DNA of 11,004 bases from Candidatus Hydrogenedentota bacterium. Lineage in GTDB: Bacteria; Hydrogenedentota; Hydrogenedentia; Hydrogenedentales; SLHB01. Of the stretch, positions 1 through 7,389 are shown one piece after another. Location: assembly GCA_029974275.1 (NCBI GenBank), contig JARKSN010000041.1:1-11004 (forward strand), read 5' to 3'. Both the position numbers and the translations under genes were made by a program. Within the stretch, counting starts at the first letter, position 1, and each line of letters opens with the position of its first letter. Below the pieces are notes generated by a model that was given only the letters and a program-made list of their open reading frames with translations, did not search any database and was not told the DNA's origin.

Positions 1-294
1 GATCATGACTATAGCCGCAAGCTCACGCGCGTACTCCCGATCAACTGGATCGATAACCTCATCCTCTGCCGCGCGCAGGTCGGCAAGGGCCACGGTCGCA
101 GGCTTGATCTTGACGGGCAATTTAACACCGCGCGGGAATCAAATCACGGGCGTCTCGTGACCGTGCTCGGTCTGCGGCCCCATCGCAAGGGCCGGAGGCG
201 GGAATGGATCACGCAGGGCGAGCACTCGCTCATCCCCTACGATCTGGCGGAGCGATTGGAAAAAGAAAAAGTTGTGAAAATCACATATCCATAA
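1..294 (+). CDS. 5'-truncated ORF, hypothetical; C-terminus resembles a phage GT2-like glycosyltransferase with a small C-terminal domain
   Basis: Frame +1 is open from base 1 to TAA at 292-294 (DHDYSRKLTRVLPINWIDNLILCRAQVGKGHGRRLDL...YDLAERLEKEKVVKITYP) and ends just before the SD of the next gene. The ORF is well supported; the GT call is recalled motif similarity only. Confidence 0.55.
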   Translation, partial: DHDYSRKLTRVLPINWIDNLILCRAQVGKGHGRRLDLDGQFNTARESNHGRLVTVLGLRPHRKGRRREWITQGEHSLIPYDLAERLEKEKVVKITYP

Positions 295-295
295 C

Positions 296-300
296 GGAGG
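296..300 (+). promoter_or_regulatory. Shine-Dalgarno GGAGG for the tail chaperone
   Basis: GGAGG lies 4 nt before ATG 305. The same 10-mer ACGGAGGCAG (294-303) recurs at 8181-8190, before the fibre gene. Confidence 0.75.
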
Positions 301-304
301 CAGT

Positions 305-727
305 ATGTTTGACAAAGATGATAAATATAAATTGAGCAAGGACGCAGCGCAGGCGGTCATTCAGAAGATTTTCGATTACTACGAGATCGACATCAAAGAG
401 ATAGAGGACAAAGAGCAGCAGAAATTCATCCGCATGAATTATGACAGGCTCGTCAAGGCCGCGCGTCTCGGCAGGCTTGAGGTCTCGACCGACAAGGGAA
501 TCGTGATCACGCAACACATCCGCGACCGCGATGAGACTGTGACCTACAAGGAAATCACCGGGGCGGCGAAGATCGCCACCGCCGGCAAGGACAAAGATGA
601 TTTCTACGGTCGCATCTACGCCGTGCAGGGCTCAATCACTGGGCTCGGTGAGGACGGAATCCTGCGCATGTCCGGCGTTGACCTGTCGCTGTGTGAGGTA
701 CTCGGTGCAATTTTTTTATCTGCTTAG
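305..727 (+). CDS. Tail assembly chaperone (lambda gpG / P2 gpE / Mu gp41 analogue), 140 aa
   Basis: Size, position directly upstream of the TMP, good SD and a slippery heptamer near the 3' end. Confidence 0.85.
   Translation: MFDKDDKYKLSKDAAQAVIQKIFDYYEIDIKEIEDKEQQKFIRMNYDRLVKAARLGRLEVSTDKGIVITQHIRDRDETVTYKEITGAAKIATAGKDKDDFYGRIYAVQGSITGLGEDGILRMSGVDLSLCEVLGAIFLSA
712..718 (+). promoter_or_regulatory. Programmed -1 ribosomal frameshift site T TTT TTA
   Basis: The zero frame reads ATT TTT TTA TCT GCT TAG, an X XXY YYZ heptamer. The -1 frame is open to TAA at 886-888. Confidence 0.85.
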
Positions 728-888
728 AGCGGATGAACACATGGATGGGGGCGCTGTTTTTCCGCAACCAGCCGATCGACATTATCCGCTCAATGAGGTT
801 TGCAGAGATGAAATACTGGCACGGATGGCATGAATCGATTGAGAAAACCGAGCGCAACGCATTCGAGCGCGCGAAGGCAGGATTATAA
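712..888 (+). CDS. -1 frameshift extension of the tail chaperone (gpT / E' analogue); fusion 305..888 of about 194 aa
   Basis: The -1 frame reads FFICLERMNTWMGALFFRNQPIDIIRSMRFAEMKYWHGWHESIEKTERNAFERAKAGL*. It has the 'M...E...W' pattern typical of these extensions, and its stop overlaps the TMP start (TAATG). Confidence 0.82.
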   Translation, partial: FFICLERMNTWMGALFFRNQPIDIIRSMRFAEMKYWHGWHESIEKTERNAFERAKAGL

Positions 889-2537
889 TGCCTGATTACG
901 CGGTCAGAACAGCATTCACCGCAACCGACCGAATCAGCCCGGCATTCAGGCAGATGGGAGCCTCCGCGCAGCAGTTCGGCAACCGCGCCTCCGGTGCGTT
1001 CGGTCAGGCAAGCCGCGCCGGGATGATGTTTCGCAACGTGTTGAGCACGGTCGGCGTGATCGGCGGGCTGTCCGCAATCGTGATGGGGATCAGCGGGATC
1101 GTGCGCGAATCCGCGAACCTCGAAAACTCCGTCGCTGATTTCACCACCCTGACGGGTTCGGTCGAGAACGCGCGCCGGACAGTTGACGAGCTGCAACAAC
1201 TCGGAGCCGCGACCCCGTTCGAATTTGGCGACCTCTCGCAGGCAACGAAAACGCTCCTCGGTTTTGGCGCGGCGACAAGGCAAAATCTCATCCCCACCCT
1301 GCGCATGTTAGGCGATGCCGCAGGCGGCAACGCGGAGAGGTTCGACCATATTGTGCTTGCGTTCTCGCAGATCAAGGCGGGCGGTCGTGCGTCGATGCAG
1401 GACGTGAACCAGCTCATCAATGCGGGCGTTCCCATCCTCTCGGAACTGGCGCGCGTGTGGGGCGTGAGCGTCGGTCAGGCCCGTCAGATGGTCAGTCAGG
1501 GCCGCGCGACCGGCGAGGTTGTGACGCAGGCATTCCAGAACATGACCGCCGCCGGAGGCATGTTCCATCAAGGCATGGAGCGGGCATCGCAGACGCTGAC
1601 AGGCCGGTTCTCGACGTTCATGGATACGGTCAAGGTCACGGCGGCCACCATCGGCACCGTGTTTATGCCGTACCTGAAGTCCGCGCTTGACGGGCTGATC
1701 GAGCTCGCGGAGGGCGTCGGCGGGTTCATCCAGCGCAATCAGGAACTCATAAAAACCATCATGGACAAGCTCGTCCCGGCACTCGTCGGCCTGATTGGCC
1801 TGTGGATTACATATCGCGCCATGCTCCTCGCCGCCGCATTTGCACAGGGAGCCGTCGCCGCCGTGGAGTTTGTGAAGTACATGGCGGACATGCTCCCGAT
1901 CATGCGCGCAGCCATCAAGGCACAGGGGCTCTATAATTTCCTGCTCGGAGGAACCGAGATACAGGCATGGCTTGCCGCCATCGCATCCGCCGCGCTCTCG
2001 GTCTGGCAGGGAATACAGGCCGCCGGAACCTATGCCCTCGCCGCCGCGCAGTGGGTACTCAATGGCGCATTCCTCGCCTGCCCTATCACATGGATCGTGC
2101 TCGGCATCATGGCATTGATCGCCGTGGGTGTGCTCCTGTATCGCAACTGGGATTATGTCAAGGAGAAATTCTCCGCCGCGATGACGTGGATGTGGGAGGG
2201 CATCAAGACCCTCGGACGCGGAATCATGACCGCGCTCCTCGTGCCCGTGAACCTGCTCATTACCGGCATCGTCAAGCTCCTGGAATTGGCGTCGATGCTC
2301 CCCGGCGTCGGTGACAGTTTCGCCGCCGCCGCCAACCGTGTCCGCGACTTCCAGGCGGGCATGAACGCGAGCGTGGGCGCAACCAATTATTTCGCGCCGA
2401 ATCAGGGACAGGCGGAGCGCCACGCCGCCGGACAGCCCGTGAATGTGAACATACAGAACCGCAACGTAGAGACGCGGGCAGCAGTAACACCGCGATCACG
2501 TGCGCAGATAAACCAGGCGGAATTGGGGTTTAACTGA
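888..2537 (+). CDS. Tail tape measure protein, 549 aa
   Basis: Tape-measure N-terminal domain signature (FTTLTGSVENA..ELQQLGAATPFEFGDL..LRMLGDAAGG..SMQDVNQLINAGVPI..SQTLTGRFSTFMD). The C-terminal half is Ala-rich and hydrophobic with a CPITWIV..LYRNWD motif. Confidence 0.96.
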   Translation: MPDYAVRTAFTATDRISPAFRQMGASAQQFGNRASGAFGQASRAGMMFRNVLSTVGVIGGLSAIVMGISGIVRESANLENSVADFTTLTGSVENARRTVDELQQLGAATPFEFGDLSQATKTLLGFGAATRQNLIPTLRMLGDAAGGNAERFDHIVLAFSQIKAGGRASMQDVNQLINAGVPILSELARVWGVSVGQARQMVSQGRATGEVVTQAFQNMTAAGGMFHQGMERASQTLTGRFSTFMDTVKVTAATIGTVFMPYLKSALDGLIELAEGVGGFIQRNQELIKTIMDKLVPALVGLIGLWITYRAMLLAAAFAQGAVAAVEFVKYMADMLPIMRAAIKAQGLYNFLLGGTEIQAWLAAIASAALSVWQGIQAAGTYALAAAQWVLNGAFLACPITWIVLGIMALIAVGVLLYRNWDYVKEKFSAAMTWMWEGIKTLGRGIMTALLVPVNLLITGIVKLLELASMLPGVGDSFAAAANRVRDFQAGMNASVGATNYFAPNQGQAERHAAGQPVNVNIQNRNVETRAAVTPRSRAQINQAELGFN

Positions 2538-3808
2538 TGACCTGGCGCAATGAGGCAAACCGGACAATCAAATTTACCTCGCCACAGGGCAAGGAGTTTG
2601 AACCATTGTGGCGCGAGAATGAGCGCACATTCGAGAAACAACTCGGCGTGTTCGATGCGCCGGGCGTGAAAAAATCGCTCGTGCAGGACCTCGAATCCAA
2701 GTCTGTCCAGTACCCGCTCACCGTGTACTTCCAGGGCTATGACCACTACGCCGAGGCGAATGATTTTTTCAAGCGCCTGTTTACCGAGCGCGGACAGTGG
2801 GCGGTGATCCACCCGACCAAGGGGTTTTTGTCCCTCCAGCTCGTCTCATGCAAGGAAAAAATCGCGCCGATGTCGACGGGCAATTATACCGAGTTTGACA
2901 CAACATGGATTGAGCCGGGCATTGCTGAGCGCGTGATCAGTCTTGAGGAGCTATTGGCCGCCATCCTCACGCGTGCACTCAATGCCATCGATGACGCCGT
3001 GACGCAGCTGCAGCAACTCCGCGCCGACCTGTACGCCGCCGTCACGTCGGTGCTCAATACCATCAACGCGGTCATGGGGATTGTTGACAATATCCTCGCC
3101 GAGATCGCCGCGCTTGACTCGATGGTCTCGGAACTCTACGAGGAAGCCAAGAACACGCTCAACAATGCCCTCGACGCGTTCGCAGATGACCCGTCCGACC
3201 CTGAGCTCGTCGCCGATCTCGCCGAAGCGCTCGCCGATCTCGTGAGCGTGCCCGTGAGTGCAAGCACCGATTTCTCGACCCGGTTTAGCGCATACTCGAG
3301 TTTCGCCGATGAGGTCGCAGGTCTCGCGCCGGAATACACCACCCCAGTTGATTACAATCAGGTACTCGCGCAGGAGCTTTCCATCTCCTCGCTCCTGATC
3401 GCCGTGGCGCGTGTGGTCGCAACCTCATCGTTCACCACGCGCTCACAGGTGGTCTCGGCGATCGACAACCTGACCACGATTTTCAATTCCTGCGTGGCCG
3501 CGCTCGATGACGTGCAGGAGCAGTTCAGCGCCCTTGACATCGACCTGCAATATTACAGCCAGTCCGCCGCCTACGGGAGCCTGCAGGCGCTGTTCGCCAC
3601 ATGCATCAAGTATCTGATGTCACAGTTCTACAGCCTCGCCGCCGAGAAACGGTTTACCCTCGCCCGCGAGCGCTCCCCGCTTGAAATCACGGTCACGGAA
3701 TACGGCTCACTCGATTATTACGACCTGTTCCTCACATCGAATAATCTGTCCGGCAATGACATCCTCCTGCTTCCCGCGGGCCGCGAGGTGGTGATCTATG
3801 CGCAATGA
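2537..3808 (+). CDS. Mu gp43 (gpN)-like DNA circulation / tail protein, 423 aa
   Basis: N-terminal FTSPQGKEF..GVFDAPG..VQDL..W.VIHPTKG pattern, a helical acidic middle, and a C-terminal LysM/tail-X-like segment (EYGSLDYYDLFLTSNNL..LLPAGREV). It follows the TMP through a TGATG overlap. Confidence 0.85.
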   Translation: MTWRNEANRTIKFTSPQGKEFEPLWRENERTFEKQLGVFDAPGVKKSLVQDLESKSVQYPLTVYFQGYDHYAEANDFFKRLFTERGQWAVIHPTKGFLSLQLVSCKEKIAPMSTGNYTEFDTTWIEPGIAERVISLEELLAAILTRALNAIDDAVTQLQQLRADLYAAVTSVLNTINAVMGIVDNILAEIAALDSMVSELYEEAKNTLNNALDAFADDPSDPELVADLAEALADLVSVPVSASTDFSTRFSAYSSFADEVAGLAPEYTTPVDYNQVLAQELSISSLLIAVARVVATSSFTTRSQVVSAIDNLTTIFNSCVAALDDVQEQFSALDIDLQYYSQSAAYGSLQALFATCIKYLMSQFYSLAAEKRFTLARERSPLEITVTEYGSLDYYDLFLTSNNLSGNDILLLPAGREVVIYAQ

Positions 3809-4979
3809 CGACCGCATGACCGTCACCATCGCCGGACGCGCGATCACCGTCACCGACGCCACGCTCCTCCGCACCATCGACACCTGTGCGGATGGATGCA
3901 AGATCGAAATGCCGTGGTTTCCCGGTTTCGACGCTGAAATCGACAGAATCACCGCGCCGGGCTCATACTCGGATTGTCAGGTCAAGATCGCGGACGAACT
4001 GGTCATGGAGGGTGTGCTCTACGATGTCACGCAGTCGCTATCAAGTCGCGGGCGTATCAAGACGCTCGACATCTGGAGCAAGACCGCCGATCTCATCGAC
4101 TCGACGGTGGTCCCTCCCTACGAGGCGAACAATATCAAGTTGACTGACCGATGCCGCCAGCAGTGCCGCCCCTTCGGAATCAATGTGATCGTGGGCGATG
4201 ATGCCGCCGCGTCAATGAATGAGACCCGCCGCGTGATCGTCTCGACCGGCTACAACCGACAACTCCCGGTGCGTCTGCCCGTGTTCAACGATATCAGCAC
4301 GTGGCAGCCGATCCGCTTTGAGCGCGTGCCTGCTCGGTCCCGCCTGGTTACCGATGAGAAACGATTTTCCCGCGTATCCGCGAAACCCACGGACACGATA
4401 TTCTCACACCTTGTCGAGCTTGCACGTCAACGCGGGCTCCTGCTGTCCTGCACCGTCCACGGCGATCTCTTGATCACCAAGGCGAACGTCAACGCCGAGC
4501 CCGTGGGGACGATTGAGGAGAACGCCGCCGCCGACGGGCTTGAATATGTCGCCGCGTTCAAGGGCCGGGACAGGTTCAACCTCTACCGCGCCATCGGTTC
4601 GAGTTCGCGCTCCGGCAGGACGAGCGGCACCGGCACCGCACGAGACGAGAAGGTCAAGACCCCGCGCATCCTCACATTCGACGCGAACGACTCGCTCCCC
4701 GGCGAATGCACCAACGCCGCGATATGGAGGCGCAACAAGTCAGCCGCCGACGCCATGACGGTCTCGTTTCCCGTCGCATCATGGCGAGCACCCAATGGCA
4801 CGATATGGAAACCGAACACAACCGTCACCGTAAAATCCGAGACGATGGGAATTAAAAATGGATTTACTTTTCTCATCGTCCAGGTTGAGTATAACTATAA
4901 ATCAGGCGGACGCGACGTGAAACTATCACTGAAACCGCCGACGGTCTACACCACAGGGGAGATCGAGTTACCGTGGTAG
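3798..4979 (+). CDS. Mu gp44 (gpP)-like baseplate hub protein, 393 aa
   Basis: Motifs SKTADLIDS, PFGINV, TIFSHLVELARQRGLLL..HGDLLI, DRFNLY and WRAPNGTIWKPNTTVTV, plus position in the gene order. Confidence 0.9.
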   Translation: MRNDDRMTVTIAGRAITVTDATLLRTIDTCADGCKIEMPWFPGFDAEIDRITAPGSYSDCQVKIADELVMEGVLYDVTQSLSSRGRIKTLDIWSKTADLIDSTVVPPYEANNIKLTDRCRQQCRPFGINVIVGDDAAASMNETRRVIVSTGYNRQLPVRLPVFNDISTWQPIRFERVPARSRLVTDEKRFSRVSAKPTDTIFSHLVELARQRGLLLSCTVHGDLLITKANVNAEPVGTIEENAAADGLEYVAAFKGRDRFNLYRAIGSSSRSGRTSGTGTARDEKVKTPRILTFDANDSLPGECTNAAIWRRNKSAADAMTVSFPVASWRAPNGTIWKPNTTVTVKSETMGIKNGFTFLIVQVEYNYKSGGRDVKLSLKPPTVYTTGEIELPW

Positions 4980-4981
4980 CC

Positions 4982-5009
4982 TTGTTTAAAAAAATGTTTA
5001 AAATAAAAT
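4982..5009 (+). promoter_or_regulatory. Possible sigma70-like internal promoter (TTGTTT-16 nt-TAAAAT)
   Basis: TTGTTT at 4982-4987 and TAAAAT at 5004-5009 in an AT-rich patch. This could be a chance match given the local composition. Confidence 0.25.
4983..5003 (+). repeat. 9-bp direct repeat TGTTTAAAA x2 (4983-4991, 4995-5003)
   Basis: Read directly from the sequence. Confidence 0.6.
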
Positions 5010-5113
5010 GTCCATCCTGCGAAACAGGACATCTGTTTCAATACGGATGGCACAACAAGACTGATGGGATGATGATATACCAATGCGATAAATGCGGGGA
5101 ACGATATATATGA
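4994..5113 (+). CDS. 39-aa zinc-ribbon micro-protein (CPSC...CDKC)
   Basis: Translates as MFKIKCPSCETGHLFQYGWHNKTDGMMIYQCDKCGERYI*. It fills the hub-spike gap, and its stop overlaps the spike start (ATGA 5110-5113). There is no clear SD; the leader is A-rich. Confidence 0.7.
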   Translation: MFKIKCPSCETGHLFQYGWHNKTDGMMIYQCDKCGERYI

Positions 5114-5607
5114 CAGGGCTCGGAATCATCACAGGCAGAGCGATCACGCAGAACCGCGACGGCGACAGCACCCGCGTGATCCTGCAGGTTGAGCTGATCG
5201 CGGGCGAGGACGTGCGCACGGTCGAGCTGTTCGCACAGGCGGGCGAGGACGTGAACCCGGCGAACGGGTGCCGCGTCGTAGTTGTGGACATCGACAATTA
5301 CAAAGCCGCCGTTGCCGTGTCCGATGACCTCACCCCCGAATGTGATCCCGGCGAGCGTGAAATCTACAGCACCGACAATCCCGTGAGTGCGAAACTTGCC
5401 CGCACGAAATGGGACAAGGACGGGAACGTGATCCACAACGAGGGCACGGACAACCCCGTGAAATGGTCAGAGCTGAACACTATATTTGCGAATTTCATCA
5501 CCGCGCTCAACGCGGAATTTTCCAAGAAAGTCGATGGCGGCGGCAGCCCCGGTTCTCTCACGCTCGACCTGTCCACGGCGAAATCTGCGACGGTGTTTAT
5601 ACCATGA
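5110..5607 (+). CDS. Mu gp45-like baseplate spike / assembly protein, 165 aa (start revised from 5092 to 5110)
   Basis: OB-fold-like N-terminus (LQVELIAGEDVRTVELFAQAGEDVNP..RVVVV..DPGEREIYS) and position between the hub and gp46. The ATGA overlap favours the 5110 start. Confidence 0.85.
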   Translation: MTGLGIITGRAITQNRDGDSTRVILQVELIAGEDVRTVELFAQAGEDVNPANGCRVVVVDIDNYKAAVAVSDDLTPECDPGEREIYSTDNPVSAKLARTKWDKDGNVIHNEGTDNPVKWSELNTIFANFITALNAEFSKKVDGGGSPGSLTLDLSTAKSATVFIP

Positions 5608-5768
5608 TGGTAATGTGTCCATATTGCGGCGGAGAAATCAGGAAAGAGGATAAATGCTGTGCCTCATGTGGGACGCAATATTTTATAAACATTTCGCGGA
5701 GACGGAAGGTCTTGTTTTTGCAGGAAATCAACAATAATTTAATCATACCGCTGGCCAGATTACCATGA
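5604..5768 (+). CDS. 54-aa zinc-ribbon protein (CPYC...CASC)
   Basis: Translates as MMVMCPYCGGEIRKEDKCCASCGTQYFINISRRRKVLFLQEINNNLIIPLARLP*. It has ATGA overlaps with the spike stop (5604-5607) and the gp46 start (5765-5768) and is AT-rich. Confidence 0.72.
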   Translation: MMVMCPYCGGEIRKEDKCCASCGTQYFINISRRRKVLFLQEINNNLIIPLARLP

Positions 5769-6214
5769 ACAATAGATTCCAAGGCGACCCAGCGATTCAG
5801 ATCACACCCGACGGCGCGTCGATGACGTTCCGCTCGGGCCAACCCGTCATGGATCAGGGACTCGAAAACCCGGTGCTGATGTCGCTTTTTACCGGTCGCG
5901 GGTATTGGGGAAATGTGCTTGAATCCGAGGAGTCAAAGAAAATCGGCTCTGATTATGAGGACGCATGCAACCAGCCGATCACGGGACTCTCGATGCTCAA
6001 CGCCATCACCGACGCGGCGAAACAGGCACTTGCATGGATTGACGGGGATGTCGCCGTCACCGTCGCCAACCCGCGCGCCGATACAGTCAAGACCAGCGTC
6101 ACGATCACACCGCCCGGACACGACGCACAGAAATTGTTATTCCTCAAAAACGGCATGAACTGGATCGCGCAGGCGCAGGCCCCCGCACATGAACGACTCC
6201 CGGAGGTGAGCTGA
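5765..6214 (+). CDS. Mu gp46-like baseplate wedge protein, 149 aa
   Basis: Characteristic GLENPVLMSLFTGRGYWGN..IGS..AKQALAWI pattern. Confidence 0.9.
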   Translation: MNNRFQGDPAIQITPDGASMTFRSGQPVMDQGLENPVLMSLFTGRGYWGNVLESEESKKIGSDYEDACNQPITGLSMLNAITDAAKQALAWIDGDVAVTVANPRADTVKTSVTITPPGHDAQKLLFLKNGMNWIAQAQAPAHERLPEVS

Positions 6215-7389
6215 TGTCCTACTCCATCCCCACGCTCGCGGAATTGTACGACAACCACCTCTCGCGCATGGAGGGCCAACTTGCACAGGAAGCACCGGCG
6301 CAGGACAAGTCATTCCTGAAGGTCTTGGCGAAAACCGAGGCAGCCGAGGACATTGGGCTGTACAAACTCGCCGCCGACCGTGCCCGCGCAAATCTTGCAT
6401 TGACCGCAATCGGCGACGATCTCGACAATATCGGAAACGAGCTCTCGACCGCGCGCAAGGCCGCACAGGCCGCCATCCTCACAGCCACGCTCCCCGCCAC
6501 CACCGGCACGGTCATCCCCACCTCGGTGGATTTTGTCAGCGACACGAACGGGCTGATCTATCGCCCGACAGTCGCCGCCACCGCCGTCGCAGGGGTCGCC
6601 ACGCTCTCGCTGAAGTGCTCGGAGTCAGGCAGCGATGGAACGCTTGAGCTCAGCGACACGCTCCAGATCGGGACACAGATCGCAGGGGCCGGAACCGTCG
6701 CCACCGTGACTGCGATCATGCAGGAGGGCGTGGACAAGGAATCAGATGCCGACTACCGGCCGCGCGTGCTCTTCGCTGAGCGAGCGATAACGGGCGGTGC
6801 GAACGCGACCGATCATAAGATATGGGCCGAGGCGGTGACCGGCGTCAAGCGCGTCTTCCCCTACTCCGGCAGGCCAGCCGATGCAGGCACGAGCTACCCC
6901 GGCGATCGTAGTGTCTACGTCGAGGCTACCACCGACATCGACGCCGACGGACTCGCCCCGGCATCGCTTCTCACCGCAGTCCGGGCCGCGATCAACTACG
7001 ATCCCGAGACCGGAGCAAGCCGGGCGCCGCTCGGACTCACAGACGCGACGCTGTTCCTGCGCTCGATCAGCCGAACCGTGTTTTACGTGCGCGTGACCGG
7101 GCTTGACGTGGACGCCGACACAGAGAGCAAGTGCAAAGCCGCCATCACCGCCGCGTGTACGCTCTATTTCGCCAACATTTACCCCTATGTCGACGGCGTT
7201 GACATCGTGCAGGAGCGTTGCGATACCGTCACCGGGCTCACCGTCGCGCAGGCAATACAGGATGTACTCGTGAGCTTCGGCGCAAGTGCGGAATCGGTCG
7301 GGTTCGGAGTCGCGGTCGGCGTGTTCCTGTCCGTGTACGTGCTCGGACAGGGTGAGCTCGCCAAGCTCGGGAGTGTGAGCTATGCGTAG
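6214..7389 (+). CDS. Baseplate J-like wedge protein (Mu gp47 / P2 gpJ family), 391 aa
   Basis: Motifs IPTLAEL, TAIGDDLD, GTVIP, EGVDKESDADYR.R, GGANATDHKIWAEAVTGVKRVF and the terminal GELAKLGSVSY. Confidence 0.94.
   Translation: MSYSIPTLAELYDNHLSRMEGQLAQEAPAQDKSFLKVLAKTEAAEDIGLYKLAADRARANLALTAIGDDLDNIGNELSTARKAAQAAILTATLPATTGTVIPTSVDFVSDTNGLIYRPTVAATAVAGVATLSLKCSESGSDGTLELSDTLQIGTQIAGAGTVATVTAIMQEGVDKESDADYRPRVLFAERAITGGANATDHKIWAEAVTGVKRVFPYSGRPADAGTSYPGDRSVYVEATTDIDADGLAPASLLTAVRAAINYDPETGASRAPLGLTDATLFLRSISRTVFYVRVTGLDVDADTESKCKAAITAACTLYFANIYPYVDGVDIVQERCDTVTGLTVAQAIQDVLVSFGASAESVGFGVAVGVFLSVYVLGQGELAKLGSVSYA

Noticed and set aside
597..833. Frame +3 ORF as a -2/+1 frameshift extension, as in Mu
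   Set aside because: It stops at 833 without coupling to the TMP and is not chaperone-like. The -1 frame fits much better.
5092..5109. Spike start at 5092
   Set aside because: It lies inside the zinc-ribbon ORF. ATG 5110 forms an ATGA overlap and is preferred.
5190..5255. Repeat GCGGGCGAGGACGTG x2 in the spike (AGEDV twice)
   Set aside because: A short coding duplication with only two copies; it is not a CRISPR or regulatory array.
5409..5603. N-terminal extension of the 119-aa ORF 5409-5768
   Set aside because: It overlaps the spike out of frame. The likely gene starts at 5604 (or a nearby Met).
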